Shown here in pieces: positions 1-27,793 of a DNA stretch of 64,000 bases (position 1 is its first letter; each line of letters starts with the position of its first letter). Origin of the DNA: Hormiphora californensis (Eukaryota > Animalia > Ctenophora); assembly GCA_020137815.1 (NCBI GenBank), contig CM035357.1, forward strand, positions 1,736,001 through 1,800,000. The letters are read 5' to 3'. A program made the translations under genes and the position numbers. The notes below the pieces were generated by a model. That model saw nothing but the letters and a program-made list of their open reading frames with translations, did no database searches and was not told where the DNA came from.

Positions 1-61
1 GATGGGCGGGGACTGTGAAACAAAGGATCACGTGAGAGGTGCAGACAGCCTGCTCTCTTGA

Positions 62-490
<429 letters not shown>

Positions 491-1538
491 GGCTCCTCAC
501 GATGACTACAACTATCGGTTCTCTCTCACCGTCTCCCCTTTGTCTCTATCACTCTCTCTATATTTCTCCCTCGCTCTATCATGTTCTCTGTATTTCTCCC
601 ACGATGTATCTTCCCTGGTCAGCTCCAATCCGCTGGTGCGGTCATAGAGAGAAGTGAGGAGAGAACTGAAAATTGAGAGAGTAGAGAGAAGTGAGGAGAG
701 AACTGAAAATGGAGAGAGTAGAGAGAGTCAGAGTAGAGAGAACTGAAAGAGACAGAAAGGACGCGTTACAGAGGGAAGAGACAAAAAGGAGATAAAGAAA
801 CAAAAGACGAGATATGTATCGTGGGAAGAGCACTGTTTTCGTGTGAAGGAACTATTCAAGAAGCACGAACTTAAAATGAAACCACCGCGCCGTCTAAATG
901 ACCTTGATTTGTTTCCTTCTAAGTTCAAATCCAGAAATAATTAAGCCTGAGAAGTGTTCAAAATTATCAAGAAAACTTATCTTTTGTACGGATCAAAAAC
1001 ATCTCCTTAAAAGGTGCGATATAAGGTTTTTACCTAGAGATGGGAAACGTCACAAAAATTAAATGGTTTAGCTAACTATCGTCATCTTGTAGCTTCGCTC
1101 ACACCATCGCTATATTGTGAACTTAGGAGCCCTCTGTATTAAATTCAGGTTTATTGGCTAGTAAAGAGAGTGACGTGTGTGCTATCAATTATGCATCCGA
1201 GTCGGCAGAGGAACAATTTACTTTTTTAATTTTCGTGTCCTGTCATAATTGATGAACTTTGAAATTATATGTACCTCAAACATTAAAAAAATGTATGGAT
1301 CATATATTATGATGATGGTGATAAAATAGGGATTGGGGATATTTAGAACGAAATGAAGTGTTCACAAAAGTTAAATTTAGTCAACTTGTTTCAATTTGTT
1401 CATCCGATCTCGAGGATAGAGCACTGTCGGTGGAAATAGTGGAAGCTCTTACGGCTCTTACGGTATTTGGGAAATACCATAAGAGCTTCCACTAAAAGTG
1501 AAGTTCAGTCGTGCGAAATGAACATATATGTGTCTCAC

Positions 1539-1673
1539 CTCGGGTGTGATTCCAGCTGCCAGGAACTGTCTCATGAACTGTAGAGATTGGGCATTGAGGA
1601 GGGGTGTTGATCCTTGGATGGGTTCCAGCTTGAGCTTCTTCTCGGGGTGGACACTTTCCATCTGCAGACCCTC
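1539..1673 (-). CDS. Probable isolated coding exon of an unidentified gene continuing leftwards
   Basis: Minus-strand acceptor (gatctag|) and donor (GAG|GTGAGA) bracket the open frame MESVHPEKKLKLEPIQG...AAGITPE. No family recognised. Confidence 0.4.
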
Positions 1674-1938
1674 CTAGATCAAATAGTAGTGTGGTTTTTG
1701 ACAGAGCAACTAAAGGGTGGGTTTGGGTTATAATTCAATGATCTCAACTAAATTAAAAATTTATGAACGAAGTCAATTCAGTCAACTATAACAGTTAATT
1801 AATGGCGATTAAAATTTAAAACTATGTAATTCTAAGATTTGGAAGGGAGAACAATAATTTTATACTGTATAGGTAAGTAGCACAGGTATTATTCTAAGAA
1901 GTACATTCGAATAATCTAAGGGTACTGTACAACACAAG

Positions 1939-2047
1939 CAGGAACCGACTGAATCAGGAAATACTGGTCCCTGATTGGCTGATAACCAGTCACGTGACCT
2001 AAATAACGAGTTCTGATTGGTTGTTTACTTGTTTCGGTCGGATCCTG
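1939..2047. mobile_element. hAT-type MITE (109 bp), copy 1 of 12
   Basis: TIR CAGGAACCGAC...GTCGG(A/T)TCCTG; 8-bp TSD aacacaag on both sides. Confidence 0.9.
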
Positions 2048-3084
2048 AACACAAGTATTATTAGGGCACATTAAATCGTGTCAAGATAACACAATATGTC
2101 TGCCTTTATGTCAAGCAAAGTAAAGTGAGAAACAGGAGACGTCAAGACGCATACCTAAATATTAAATATTGACATTCCATATATATGATAACATATGATC
2201 CTATTTCTCAAACAGAATTACGACATACCCTTACAATAAATCTTCATTTAATATATCGCCGCCATCCGAACTTTGATCATATAACAACTTACCCCGGTTA
2301 AATTCAAGGGGGAAGGCACTTGACTATCTTGACCATCCCGCCCAATGAATAATAATCAAGGTTATGTACTCAGCTTGTTTTATAATCATACCACACTCGC
2401 TCGCAGACATTTTGTTACCGAAAAACCGCCGTCAAACACATGGTCTCAATTTGTTCCGTCCTAATCTAGAAAAACCCTGAGTATACTTTATATCGATCCG
2501 ATCTCGATACTTTTTATTGAGCGATCAAAGATCGATTCCAACTTTGGGCGATCAAAAAAACTGATTCGATATTTGATCGGATCGATATCAAGCATCGCCG
2601 ATTCCTAACCCTAAGAAATGTTCAAAATGCTTATTATATTGTTTTGTACGGATCAAAAACATTTCCTTAAAAGGTGCGATTTAAGGTATTTACCTGCAGA
2701 GATGAGAAACGTCACAAAAATTAAATGGTTTAGCTAACTATCATCGCATTGTAGCTTCGCTCACACCGAGAATGAATGATCTTAGGAGGCTCTGACTAAT
2801 ATATCGTTCCTGATCCTGGTCCCAGTATACTACTGGTCCATGACAACTAACTTATCAGTTCCCCATAAAGTAAGACTGAGGCCCAATCGGTCATCGGACA
2901 AAACATCTGGTTTTTCTTTGGAGGGTATATAATTCGCAAACGTTGGAGAAAATCCCCTTAATGACTTCAGTAGGTCCTGGCCTACTGAGACGCCATATTT
3001 AGTACACACGCAAAAGAGGGCGAATCCATTGTTTCCCTTGTATTGGCAGACTCTAGACTCCAGGTCGGGAGACGTCACGATCTT

Positions 3085-3260
3085 TGTGTTTGGAGGCCTG
3101 TTTACAGGTGCACGCTGCCAAAAAAGTACTCTGCACTAAAATAGCTCTAACCGCCAAACCACTCAACCGCTTTTGCTAATCCAAAGATCATCTAATAGGA
3201 AATGTCAAGCTCTAACCCCACTTTAGCCCTAACCCTAAAAACCGAGAGTGCTAACACCCA
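3085..3260. repeat. Dispersed repeat with CCCTAA-like motifs; inverted copy at about 59820-60020
   Basis: tgtttggaggcctgtttacaggtgc(a/g)cgctgccaaaaaag...aaaccactcaaccg matches the reverse complement of 59930-60015. Confidence 0.65.
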
Positions 3261-4214
3261 GATTTTAACGCTGGCCCTCCAAGTCGCCCACTCTCCCCTA
3301 ATTTGTACTGTTTTAACGCGTGTCGAGAGGGTCGCCGGTCGAGTAGGGGCGGCTCTGACATGCGGACGATGCGGACCGGGTCGAGCTAGGCAACCCCTGT
3401 TTTCGAGTGTGTTTCTGGGTTACAAACACATCACTGAGTGTTTTGAGGGCATACTTGCTCACTGGATGTTGTATTCCTGCCGCCTGGATTTAAATTGAAA
3501 CTGAAACATGACGAGTGGCTGGTGCCTGGTGGCGAGTATGCCGTATGAACTTCAATATTTATATTAGAGTCATATAAGTGACTCGTCCCGCTCTCACACT
3601 ACAGACATATACAAATAAGTCATATATATCCTACAAGGCTGAGAGGCTTAGAGCTTCAGCAGCAATCAATCGAATCTAGGCAATGGAAGAATGAATAACA
3701 TGGTCAAGATAGGTCGCAGCGAAACTCTACACGGTTACGAAACTCTACACGGTTACGAAAACCCACTCTCAATACCAGAAAGAGAGAGAGAGGGAACCTT
3801 AAACGGCAAACCCGGCTTTCCACTGGAAAGTTTCCAGTCGAAAATTTTTCCCACGCTTTTTGTTTCCCGCGGGATCCCGAAAACTTATTTAATTTTTCGA
3901 TCTGAAATATACGCGCGTTTAACGAAAACTGCGCGGCTTTGATTTAGCGCGTGCAAATTTATCATCAATTTGAATTTTGTTTTGAATAGAACTTTGAATT
4001 GGTCAAGAAGAACGGGGTCAAATGAAGCGCATAATTAGCTAGAAAACTTATAACAGTATAAAATCTTTAGTTTACAAATCTACAAACAATATCAATTTGT
4101 ACCAGTCGTACCAGTACACTTTCAGTCACTGGGAATGGCACTCTCAATCTGATCTATAGTTTACAGTTGTTGTACTTGTAAAGGTAATAATAACACTAAC
4201 TGTAACAGTATGTA

Positions 4215-4376
4215 CAGTCGGACCCCGATTTAGGGCCCCCCGATTTAGGGACAGGATTTTTTCCCCCGATATAGGAAATTAACCTTATGGCTTATTTGAT
4301 CCCGATTTAGTGGTCACCCCGATTTAGTGGACAAGAGCCTTTCCCCCGAGGGTGTCCCTAAATCGGGGTCCGACTG
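4215..4376. mobile_element. Tc1/mariner (pogo-like) MITE; related copies at about 40750-40860, 45053-45125 and 55362-55440
   Basis: TIR CAGTCGGACCCCGATTTA...TAAATCGGGGTCCGACTG flanked by TA on both sides. Confidence 0.8.
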
Positions 4377-4620
4377 TATAAGTGAAACAGTAACACATGT
4401 GTGTACTGTATTCATCGCGTTTACACTTTATACAGTACAATATTACACTGGCAAATGATTTGCAAATCGACATCTTGTACCTACTGTGTAACACTGTAAC
4501 ACTTGTAACAAACATTTAGTACTCTGCAGTACTACCAAGTAACATATCAAGAATCTTATACAGTGGCTGTAAATTGTACAAATTAACCCATTATATGTAA
4601 TCAGTTCCTTTCTAACTGTA

Positions 4621-5257
4621 CAGGGTGTTCATTTTGGATCTTTACAAGCGTTGGGCTTCACCCAGAAAAAAGTTGACAAGATTAGGTCATGAAACTTCAT
4701 ACTTGGACTATTCTATACCCTCATTCAAGGTTCCTGGGGGTTTTGGAGCTTTATGACCCTGGGAAGTGTGTTTTTGGCATCAAAACTACCAGAAGGAATT
4801 TTTTGCTGGTGCTGAGACTTTGCTAAAATGTTTTTTGGGTATTTTCTATGTCAATCCTAAAGTTTCATAGAGATTGGATGTGTTTTTCAGACTCAAAATT
4901 TCGTAAAAAGTGGCTGGAAAGACTCAATTTTAGCCGTTTTTGAGCTGTTTTCGAGCCTTTCCAGCCACTTTTATCGAAATTTTGAGTCTGAAAAACACAT
5001 CCAATCTCTATGAAACTTTAGGATTGACATAGAAAATACCCAAAAAACATTTTAGCAAAGTCTCAGCACCAGCAAAAAATTCCTTCTGGTAGTTTTGATG
5101 CCAAAAACACACTTCCCGGGGTGCTAGAGCTCCAAAACCCCCAGGAACCTTGAATGAGGGTATAGAATGGTCCAAGTATGAAGTTTCATGACCTAATCTT
5201 GTCAACTTTTTTCTGGGTGAAGCCCAACGCTTGTAAAGATCCAAAATGAACACCCAG
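4621..5257. mobile_element. Long palindromic (foldback) Tc1/mariner-type MITE
   Basis: Near-identical inverted arms of about 300 bp, from cagggtgttcattttggatc to gatccaaaatgaacacccag; TA on both flanks. Confidence 0.85.
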
Positions 5258-5519
5258 TATATGCTTTTTACAAGTCTTGTAAGTATCTTTTGCTAAGTAC
5301 CTATCATGCAGATTACTTGTATATTTATAGCTCACAATTGTCTCACAGTATGACCCTGTTCCGCGTCCCTCAATCAAATATAATTTGTCCGTGATAGAAC
5401 GAGACGCAAGAACATCTGTTGTGAGGTGCAGTCACGAACACGCTCCTAAACTCTGAACATCCCTGTCTAAGACAGTGTCTAAGACAGTGCCTTATTCACC
5501 ATCTCCCTCAACACATACA

Positions 5520-19441
<13,922 letters not shown>

Positions 19442-20008
19442 CTGAGAGAGAGGGGGAGAGAGGGTTAGAGATTCGGCTGAGAAAGAGAGGGGGGAGGGAG
19501 AGGGTTGAGGATTGAGTGGTAGGTATTGTGATCAGTATTATTATTGGCGGTGAGAACAATGGGGTAAGAGTTCTGGGCAGTAGGGGATAGGGCGGAAAAC
19601 GGTAGATATCATATTGATACAGTGAGTGATTTTCTGACAAATTTGAGTGTGATATTGCCCGTGTACTTGATAGATCTATAGTATCTTGAGAGGAGAGGGA
19701 ATGATCTATAAATAGGAATGAGAATTCTCGAGAAGTAGAAACGAATGGAAACACAAGTTATACCTTCTATATTTTTAATTTTATTTAAAATAATGAAAAT
19801 AAAATAATACATCGTGGAGATTAAAAAGCGTATTACTAGTTTAAAAATTATACCAACCTCTCAGTCTCGTCTCTTAAAAACCATATTTGTTTGGTAAAAA
19901 CTCTAGGGCTAGGCTATTAACGAATTAAAACCAAATTGATCTAAATTAATATTCCACAGTTTCAAGAGTTAGTTAGTTAATATTTCTGTGGTTTAGTTCG
20001 AGACATAC

Positions 20009-20117
20009 CAGGAACCGACCGAATCAAAAAAGTATTGACCCTGATTGGCTGATAACCAGTCACGTGACCTAAATAACGAGTTCTGATTGGTTGTTTACTT
20101 GTGCCGGTCGGTTCCTG
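20009..20117. mobile_element. hAT-type MITE copy
   Basis: TSD agacatac. Confidence 0.9.
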
Positions 20118-20140
20118 AGACATACACTGACTCGTCAGAA

Positions 20141-21199
20141 CTACCACTGTTGCCTGTATCCCTGTCTCATAGAGCACATGGCGTCCTTGTGATAAGCCAT
20201 TTGTTGGTCCAACGTGTCCCTATAACACAGCGAGTCCTTGGAAAAGGGCAGCTTATCCAACTGAATCACCTGAGAACACTGCTCACACATGGACACCTCC
20301 TCCATGCATTCCACAGTATGTTCCTCATATTCCACAACCGGGACGATACTATAGCAGATACCACATATCACGGAACACTCCTGCTCAGCGTGATCCTCCT
20401 GCTCCTCCCAGGGGACCGTGTCTCCACAGCTGGTACAGGAAACTGGACGTCTTGGACAGGTATTATCCTCATGGTGAGCACGGTCGTTTTCCGGGATTTC
20501 CATGCTACAATGCCTGCATTTCACCTTGATTTCAGGTCCTTGGCAGGTTCTAACATGTTTACGGAGTTGGATGGCTTGAACCGAACCGGAACACTTGTTG
20601 CAGGTCACGTTTCGTTTAGGGCATCGCTCCGTGATGTGTGTCTGCAGGTTCATTCCATTGACAAACACTTGACACAGTGCACACTTCATCTTCCGATTAG
20701 GACACAGGCTCTGCTCGTGGACTGGCCTATCACAGAGTGGAATGTAGTTCTTACAGCCGTGACAGGTTACAAGTCGTTTTACACAGTCACTCCACTGGTG
20801 TCGTTGGAGGAGATTTCGTTTCACAGTCACATCACAATCAGGGCATTTTATGTTGTTTTCAGGGCAGGTCCTTTCCTTGTGGACATTCAGGGCGTTCCAA
20901 ACTACATCATTATTGCAAAGGATACATTTCACTATTCGTTTCTCACAAAAGGTTTGGTTGTGCCGATCCAAATCGTATCGGGTAACATCGTTAGAACAGA
21001 GATCACAGATAACTTTCTGGTTCCCGATTATCCTTCGAACGGGGATGGAAATGTACGTGGATATTGGTTCGTGTCGGCAGTTAGGACAGGAGGTACAGTT
21101 AAGGATACATGCACTACAGTAGAGTTGGTGGCAGCAGTTGGTAGCCACTGCATCACAGCAGACATCCAGACAAATTGTACAGTTGAATTCATCTGACAT
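20141..21199 (-). CDS. RING + tandem TRAF-type zinc finger protein (array member A), no MATH domain
   Basis: C3HC4 RING MSDEFNCTICLDVCCDAVATNCCHQLYCSAC...CPNCR followed by ~27-aa repeats CxxC-x11/12-H-x3/4-CPxRxV. Start chosen from the MSDxFxC motif shared by paralogues. Confidence 0.85.
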   Translation of the reverse strand: MSDEFNCTICLDVCCDAVATNCCHQLYCSACILNCTSCPNCRHEPISTYISIPVRRIIGNQKVICDLCSNDVTRYDLDRHNQTFCEKRIVKCILCNNDVVWNALNVHKERTCPENNIKCPDCDVTVKRNLLQRHQWSDCVKRLVTCHGCKNYIPLCDRPVHEQSLCPNRKMKCALCQVFVNGMNLQTHITERCPKRNVTCNKCSGSVQAIQLRKHVRTCQGPEIKVKCRHCSMEIPENDRAHHEDNTCPRRPVSCTSCGDTVPWEEQEDHAEQECSVICGICYSIVPVVEYEEHTVECMEEVSMCEQCSQVIQLDKLPFSKDSLCYRDTLDQQMAYHKDAMCSMRQGYRQQW

Positions 21200-21301
21200 A
21201 AGGCAATCGTTCTGGGAGAGAGCTAGAAAGGGGAAAGGGGTTGGTATTAGCGGAATCAAATATTAGAGGGGGCATAAATATATTATTCTAAAAGTTTAAA
21301 A

Positions 21302-22264
21302 TCAATCAAGAAGTAAAGTAATCCAAACATAAGACAGCCAACCAAACGTAAAAGTTAACAAAATATTAAAAAGAAGAAACCGCTCTGAACACTCCACATC
21401 TTGATGTTGTATTAGAGAAGAGCTATGAAAAGCAAACAAGCAATAAGAACAATCGACTAATCGTTCGGGACAAGAGTTCTCCTGATGGTCCTCTAATGTG
21501 TCCCAGATCACATCACCATTACAAAGATCACATTTCAATAATCTCATTTCACAAAGTGTGATACTATGGTGCAAGAAGGTATCAAACGTCACTGAACATG
21601 AACATGCTGTACATTCAACCATTCTTTGTGGACAACTCTCTATTTCGTGGTCCTGAAGATCGTCCCATGATAAATCAATCTTACACAACCCACAGCTAAC
21701 TACTCTTTTGATGCACTTTCTACTCTTATGATGATTTAAACTGTCGTAAGATACCAAAATACAACAGTCTGGACAACTGATAAGTCGTTTAGGACAATAA
21801 AATTCTTTGTGTATATGTTGTGTGTCCCAGACAACTGGTTGTTGACACATACTACAATTTACTACTCGCTTCTCGCAGTAAGCGTTAGTATGTTCAGTTA
21901 AATTGGCTCTTGAGACTTCAAAGCCACAAAGTTCACACTCAGTAAGCAAATTTCCTATTATTCTCCGGACGGGTAAAGAAACGTGATACCAAACAGCAGG
22001 AACCGACCGAACCAAGTAAACAACCAATCAGAACTCGTTATTTAGGTCACGTGACTGGTTATCAGCCAATCAGGGACCAGTATTTCCTGATTCGGTCGGT
22101 TCCTGCCAAACAGGGCAGAAGCGGCAGCTAGGACAGGAATCGCACTGAACAATACACTTTTCGCAGTATAGTTGGTGGCAGCAGGTGGTAGCGACTGCAT
22201 CCTTGCAGATATCCAAACAGATTATACAGTTGAATTCATCAATGATAGGACATTGGTGAACCAT
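21302..22264 (-). pseudogene. RING + TRAF zinc finger gene B with C-terminal TM, interrupted by a MITE
   Basis: RING (DEFNCIICLDICKDAVATTCCHQLYC) and finger ORF rejoin in frame once MITE 21997-22105 and one TSD are removed. Ends FLLFNILLTFTFGWLSYVWITLLLD. Confidence 0.8.
21997..22105. mobile_element. hAT-type MITE inside coding sequence
   Basis: TSD ccaaacag; introduces an in-frame stop. Confidence 0.92.
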
Positions 22265-22276
22265 TGGGCTACAAAC

Positions 22277-22385
22277 CAGGAACCGACCGAACCAAGTAAA
22301 CAACCAATCAGAACTCGTTATCTAGGTCACGTGACTGGTTATCAGCCAATCAGGGACCAGTATTTCCTGGTTCGGTCGGTTCATG
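22277..22385. mobile_element. hAT-type MITE at the acceptor upstream of gene B
   Basis: TSD ctacaaac, which reads GTTTGTAG (an acceptor) on the minus strand. Confidence 0.9.
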
Positions 22386-22578
22386 CTACAAACTATAACA
22401 GGGGGAAGTGGGGTTATTGGAATGTATTGGGTTGGGAGGGGGTTTTCAGTTGAGTCAAGGAAAACAAACACGACAGACGTAGAAGTCGTTTAAATAATTG
22501 TTAAAATTCATAAATGGTAAATACTGGTTTATTAAAAACATAAATAAATAGGTTTCAATAGGTTAAAAGTGGAGCATT

Positions 22579-24611
22579 TTATTTTATATACATCAAAAAA
22601 ATCCACACAGAACTGAAGATAAAAATAAACTCAAGAGCTAATAAAACCCCAAAAAAATTCTCACATTTCTTTTGATGGACAGTAAGATCTCTAACATACA
22701 AGGCCCGTGAACAAATGACACAAACAGCTTTTCGAAGCTGACAGATTTCTTCGAGATGATCAGTAAGGGAGAAGGCGGGAAATTTTAGCTGGCACTCATT
22801 TGGGCACCGATTATTCTTCCCAGACAAAGTACTTCCTTGTGCTCAGACATCCTCTCAGCCACGATGTTCCCATAACATTCCTCGCAGTAAACCAATCGTT
22901 TAGGGCAGTGACTCTGTTGGTGTTCCTTTCTTTTCTCAAATGTGATTTCGACCTCGCAGTCTCTGCATTGTATGAGTTGTTTTGGACAACTGACACTGTG
23001 AAACGGCAAGGAATCCGCGGTCATATCACACTTGCACAGGTCACATTTCACAATCCGCTTCTTACATACCGTTTCCTGGTGAACAGGTAGTGCGTCGTAG
23101 TTTTGTAGAGCGGAGCAAGCAACGCACTTTACGATTCTCTTTGGGCAGCCTTCTAACATGTGCTTCAGTAGTGCGGTCCAACGAACAGTAGTTGTACAAT
23201 CTGGACAATCCACTAGACGCTCAGAGCAGTAACTTTCGATGTGGGACGGCAAGGTATCGGCTGCTAGATCACAGTTGCAGTGGTCACATTTCACCTTTCT
23301 CTTCTCGCATTCCTCTTTCCTGTGGTGTTCCATGGTTTCCCGAACCACGGGTCTCATACAACCAAGACACTCGGTGCTCTTTTTCGGACACACATCCTCG
23401 TGCTTGGACAGGTAACACCAAGGAAATTCGGCTGGACAGAGATCACATTTCACCAGCCTTTTCTCACAAATGTTTGTCTTGTGTTCACCGAGAGTGTCAA
23501 AGGCCACCAGATCCGGGCAATCAGTACATTTTATCAGTCGCTTCGGACAAGCTTCCAGTTTGTGTTCAAGTAGGGATATCCATGGGACAGAAGACGAACA
23601 GGAGAGACACTCAACCAACCTTCTGGAACAAGAAATTGCAATGTGGGATGGTAAGGCACCGGCTGTTAAATAACGTTTGCAGAGATCACATTTCACTTTC
23701 CTCTTCTCACATTCCTCTTTCTGGTGATGTTCCATGGTGTCATGTACCACTTGTTCCTCGCAGTTAGGACACTGTACATTCCTTTTCGGGCACAGATCAT
23801 CCTGATGTTTTGACATTTTATCCCAGGTGACTTTTTCAGGGCACAGGTGACATTTGACCACCCTCTTCTTGCAAAGAAATATCCTGTGATAGGTGAGAGC
23901 ATCACAAGTTACCGGTGAGGTACACTCACTGCATGGTACTGGCCTCTTTATACACGTCTCCTTCTTATGGATCTGTAGAGCACTGTAGAGAACTTTCTTC
24001 TTGCAAAGATCACATTTCACAGGCCTCTTCTCACATGTCAACTCCTTATGACTCGTGAGAGAATCAAAGGGGACCAAACACGAGCAAGCAGTACACTTGA
24101 ACAGCCGTTTTACACACCTCTCGTTTTTGTGCTGCGGTAGAGTATGTAATGGTACGAACCCATTACACTGATCACACCTAACATCCCTCTTACTGCACTG
24201 CCTGGATTGGTGGTAATCCAGCTTATCCCGTGTCATTGAGGTCGAACAATCAGGACATCTGACCCGCCTCTTGGGACACCTCGTCGTTTTGTGCCCTTGT
24301 AATGTCTCCCAGACGACTCCAGAGCGACACTGGTTACACTTCACCATACGCCTTTCACAGAAAGCTTCCATATGCTTGGCTATATCCGATCTTGTAGTTG
24401 CTTTGCCGCAGAGCTCACAATTAACAGGCATGTTGCCAACCATTCGCCGAACTGGAACGGATATGTAGGTTGAAATAGGACGGTGACGGCAGTAAGGACA
24501 GGAGGTACAGCGATAAACACATTCATCACAGAAGAGTTGGTGGCAGCAGTTGGTAGCGACTGCATCAAAGCAGACATCCAAACAGATTGTACAGTTGAAA
24601 TAATCAGACAT
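22579..24611 (-). CDS. RING + about 20 TRAF-type fingers + C-terminal TM (member C); one frameshift near 22820
   Basis: ORF 22785-24674 (MSDYFNC start at 24611) continues in ORF 22579-22827, which ends FFGVLLALEFIFIFSSVWIFLMYIK. Confidence 0.8.
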
Positions 24612-25162
24612 CAACAAGACGCATTTACTAGAGAGAAGGATTGTTAGTTTTATTTTGGAATGGTCCGAATGCATTGCTAGGAGATAGGCGATATATATTT
24701 ACTAGGTAGGGTAAGTGGTTGTAGCAGGGTATAGCAAACGGGGGACAGTTGAAGTGATGGGGCGGGGTGGTTGAGGAGGAGGGCCGGGCGGTTGATGGGA
24801 TGGGGCGGTTGGGGAGGAGGGCGGGTAGGCTGAAGGGATGGGGGTCGTGACTAGTAGACGAAAGAAGAAGACAGAAGTCATAATTATGATTATATTTTGA
24901 TAAATTGTTAAACCTAGTACATATAAATTGTATACGAATACATAGTCATTTCTTTTAGTAAGTTAATAAGATTTAGATACTGAAGAAACTATTAATATAA
25001 CACGGACTGTAGATTTACCGGGAGATAAACATAATAAAAATATAGTGATTATTTAGTGATAGGTCATTAATGATTAATGATTGATAAGTTAATAATAAGA
25101 AATCAATAATAATAATAAATAGAAAGTTCATGGAAACCCCACATCAACCATCAAATTAAAAG

Positions 25163-26090
25163 TTAGTATTTCCGGGCAGCAGAGCTAGTTCTCTTCGGAC
25201 AAGAACTATTCAAATGATTCTCGAAGTTGCAGTATCGGACTTTAACAAGGCATAACCTACATCTCACAATGCGCCTCAGACAACGTCTCTTGAAGTGGTT
25301 CTCCAAATTCAGGGCATTAAATTCCTTCCCAGCAGTCCTTACATTTAACTTGTCGTTCTGGACACCGTTGCTCATGATATTGGATAGAACCAGCTTGGGA
25401 ATATAGCTCACAGTATCCGCAATCGATTAGTCTCCCTTGACAGAACAGCAGGTGTGATTCAACAGTCTTAGCCGGCAAATTTTCCTCACAGTATTTGCAC
25501 TGAACTTGCCTTTTCGGACAGGAGTTTCTCGTGTGATAGTCCAACTGGCAGTAGCGGATTTTTTCCTTGCACAGGTCACAGTCGACAAGACGCATTGGAC
25601 AGCTGCTGTTTATGTGACTTGAAAGTTTATCAATGTTCAAATTTCCCTTGCAGTGACTGCAGGTCACTGTCCGATGAGGACACACATTTAGATTGTGCTC
25701 CTCTATATCCCTGGGAGAAACCTTTTTCTTGCATTTTTGGCATTCCACAAACTCTCCGTGACATATGTGAGTATCCAGGGTTTTCCAGGCCATCGAATTG
25801 ATGACACAGATCACATTTTACTTAGTCTCTCTTCACAGAAGTCTTCCTTGTGCGTGGCTAGATCGGATCTTGGGGTATTTTTGCCGCAGAGTTCACAATT
25901 CACGGGAAGGCTTCCGATAATTCGCCTTACTGGAACGGATATGTAGGCTGAGACAGGACGGTGACGACAGTTAGGACAGGAGGCTACAGCGAGATACACA
26001 TTCATCACAATATAGTTGGTGGCAGCAGTATGTTGCGACTGCATCCGAGCAGATATCCAGACAGATTGTACAGTCGAAATGATCCGACAT
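25163..26090 (-). pseudogene. RING + TRAF zinc finger member D with several frameshifts
   Basis: MSDHFDCTICLDICSDAVATYCCHQLYC start; the fingers are spread over three reading frames. Confidence 0.7.
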
Positions 26091-26685
26091 TGACGAAAAG
26101 CATTTACTAAGGAAACGGAAAGAGAGTTAGTTCAATTTTGAAATGGTCTGAAATTGATCAATGATGGGAGTCGGGAGGTAAGTGAGATTACTAGAGAGGG
26201 ATAAGGTGATGTAGCAGGGCACAGCTAACCGGGGGATGGTTGGTGCGTGTGAGGGGGGGGGGGGCTAGTAAACAATTAAACAGAAGTCATAACTTGTTAA
26301 AATAAATTAATAATTTAGAAGATATTAAATTAATAACACGGGAAAAAACCATACATATGTTACCCGTTTAAAAAAGTTAAATTTGGTGATTCTATTGTCC
26401 AGCAACTGCTGATCTGTAAAACAAAATAACAACTTGTAGCTATTCCATGCATATGGTACCTAATGCTAAATTGGTGCCAATCCCCACGTGACCAAGGATA
26501 AATTACGGTCGAACACATTCTTCGGGAGAAAAAAAGTTATTTTATAACAAGAGACATTGTTTGATTTAATAAAATTTGCCGGAATTTGTTGAATGTTCAT
26601 CACAGTAGCACCATCCTACCAGACTCGCAAGGTGAATTAATTGGTATCAAAAGCAAAGTCTTTCCGCGCAGTAGGTCACGATTCT

Positions 26686-27793
26686 TCAAATGGCAGTAGG
26701 GGACAAGTACATAATCCCATGACGCACTGGACAACGGCCTACAGAGTGGTTCTCCAGAAGGAGAGCCTTTACCTTTTCACCGCAATCCCTACATTGAACC
26801 AGTCTCTCTAGACATTGCTGCTCGTGAGATCGAATCGAACTAGCTTGGTACCATTTTCCACAGCTATTGCATCGAACAGGTCTGTCACCTGGTCCCCCCT
26901 GGCAGTATTTCTTGTGTGATTCAACAGTTTTAGCTGGTAGCGCCACCTTACAATGAAGACACGAAACTTTTCTTTCCGGACAGGAATTCCTCATGTGACT
27001 ATCCAAATGGGAGTAACGGATTTTTTCGGAGCATAGCTCGCAGTTCAAAGATCGCATGGGGCAGTGGTTGTTCATGTGAGTTGAATCAGCTGGATACGAT
27101 ATCCCACAGTCTTTACACCTAACTGGCCTCTTTAGACAGAACTCTGCGTGTGAGCTAACAGTCTTAGCGGGCATTTGTTCCTCACAGTACTGGCACTGGA
27201 CCTGTCTCTCTGAACAGGAATCCTTCGTGTGGTAGTCCAGCTGACAGAAGCGAACTTGTTCTGAGCATAGTGCACAGTTGAATAGCCGCTTTGGACAATA
27301 TATGGTGTGGCTCGAAAGATTGGCAAAACTCATGGTCTCCTTGCATTGACTGCAGCTCACTATTCGTTGAGGACAATTGCGGTTATGCTCCTCTTTATCC
27401 CAGGGGAGTATCTTAATTTTGCATTTTCGGCATTCCACAAACCGTTCGGGACAGGAGCTAACCTTGTGAGAGTCTATGGTTTTCAGGGCCATTTTGTTGA
27501 GACACAGATCACATCTTACAAGTCTCTCTTCACAGAAGTCTTCCTTGTGTCGTTGCTATATCAGATCTTGTAGGTTGCTTTACCGCACAAGTTCACAATT
27601 AACAGGCCATGTTGCCGATCATTCGCCTAACTGGAACCGATATGTAGGTTGAAACTAGGACTGGTGACGGCAGTTAGGACAGGAGGTACAGCGAGATACA
27701 CATCCTTCGCAGTAGATTTGGTGGCAGCAGTTGGTAGCGACTGCATCAGAGCAGATATCCAGGACAGATCGTACAGTTGAAATTATCCGACAT
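26686..27793 (-). pseudogene. RING + TRAF zinc finger member E, frameshifted in its 5' part
   Basis: MSDNFNCTICPGYL... start at 27793, with indels relative to paralogues between 27500 and 27770; 268-aa finger ORF downstream. Confidence 0.7.

Noticed and set aside
2830-3078. 82-aa minus-strand ORF
   Set aside because: GTG start, no recognisable motif, abuts a dispersed repeat.
20087-21196. 369-aa plus-strand ORF and similar antisense ORFs over the array, EXD3 and C11orf54
   Set aside because: Antisense shadows of real coding sequence with no recognisable motifs.
21997-22113. MITE acting as a precise introner in gene B
   Set aside because: The TSD offers a GT, but no AG is positioned to restore the frame exactly.
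22800-27770. Programmed frameshifting or editing as the explanation for frameshifts in array members C, D and E
   Set aside because: No consistent slippery site. Scattered single-base indels fit assembly error or pseudogene decay, and I cannot tell these apart without reads.
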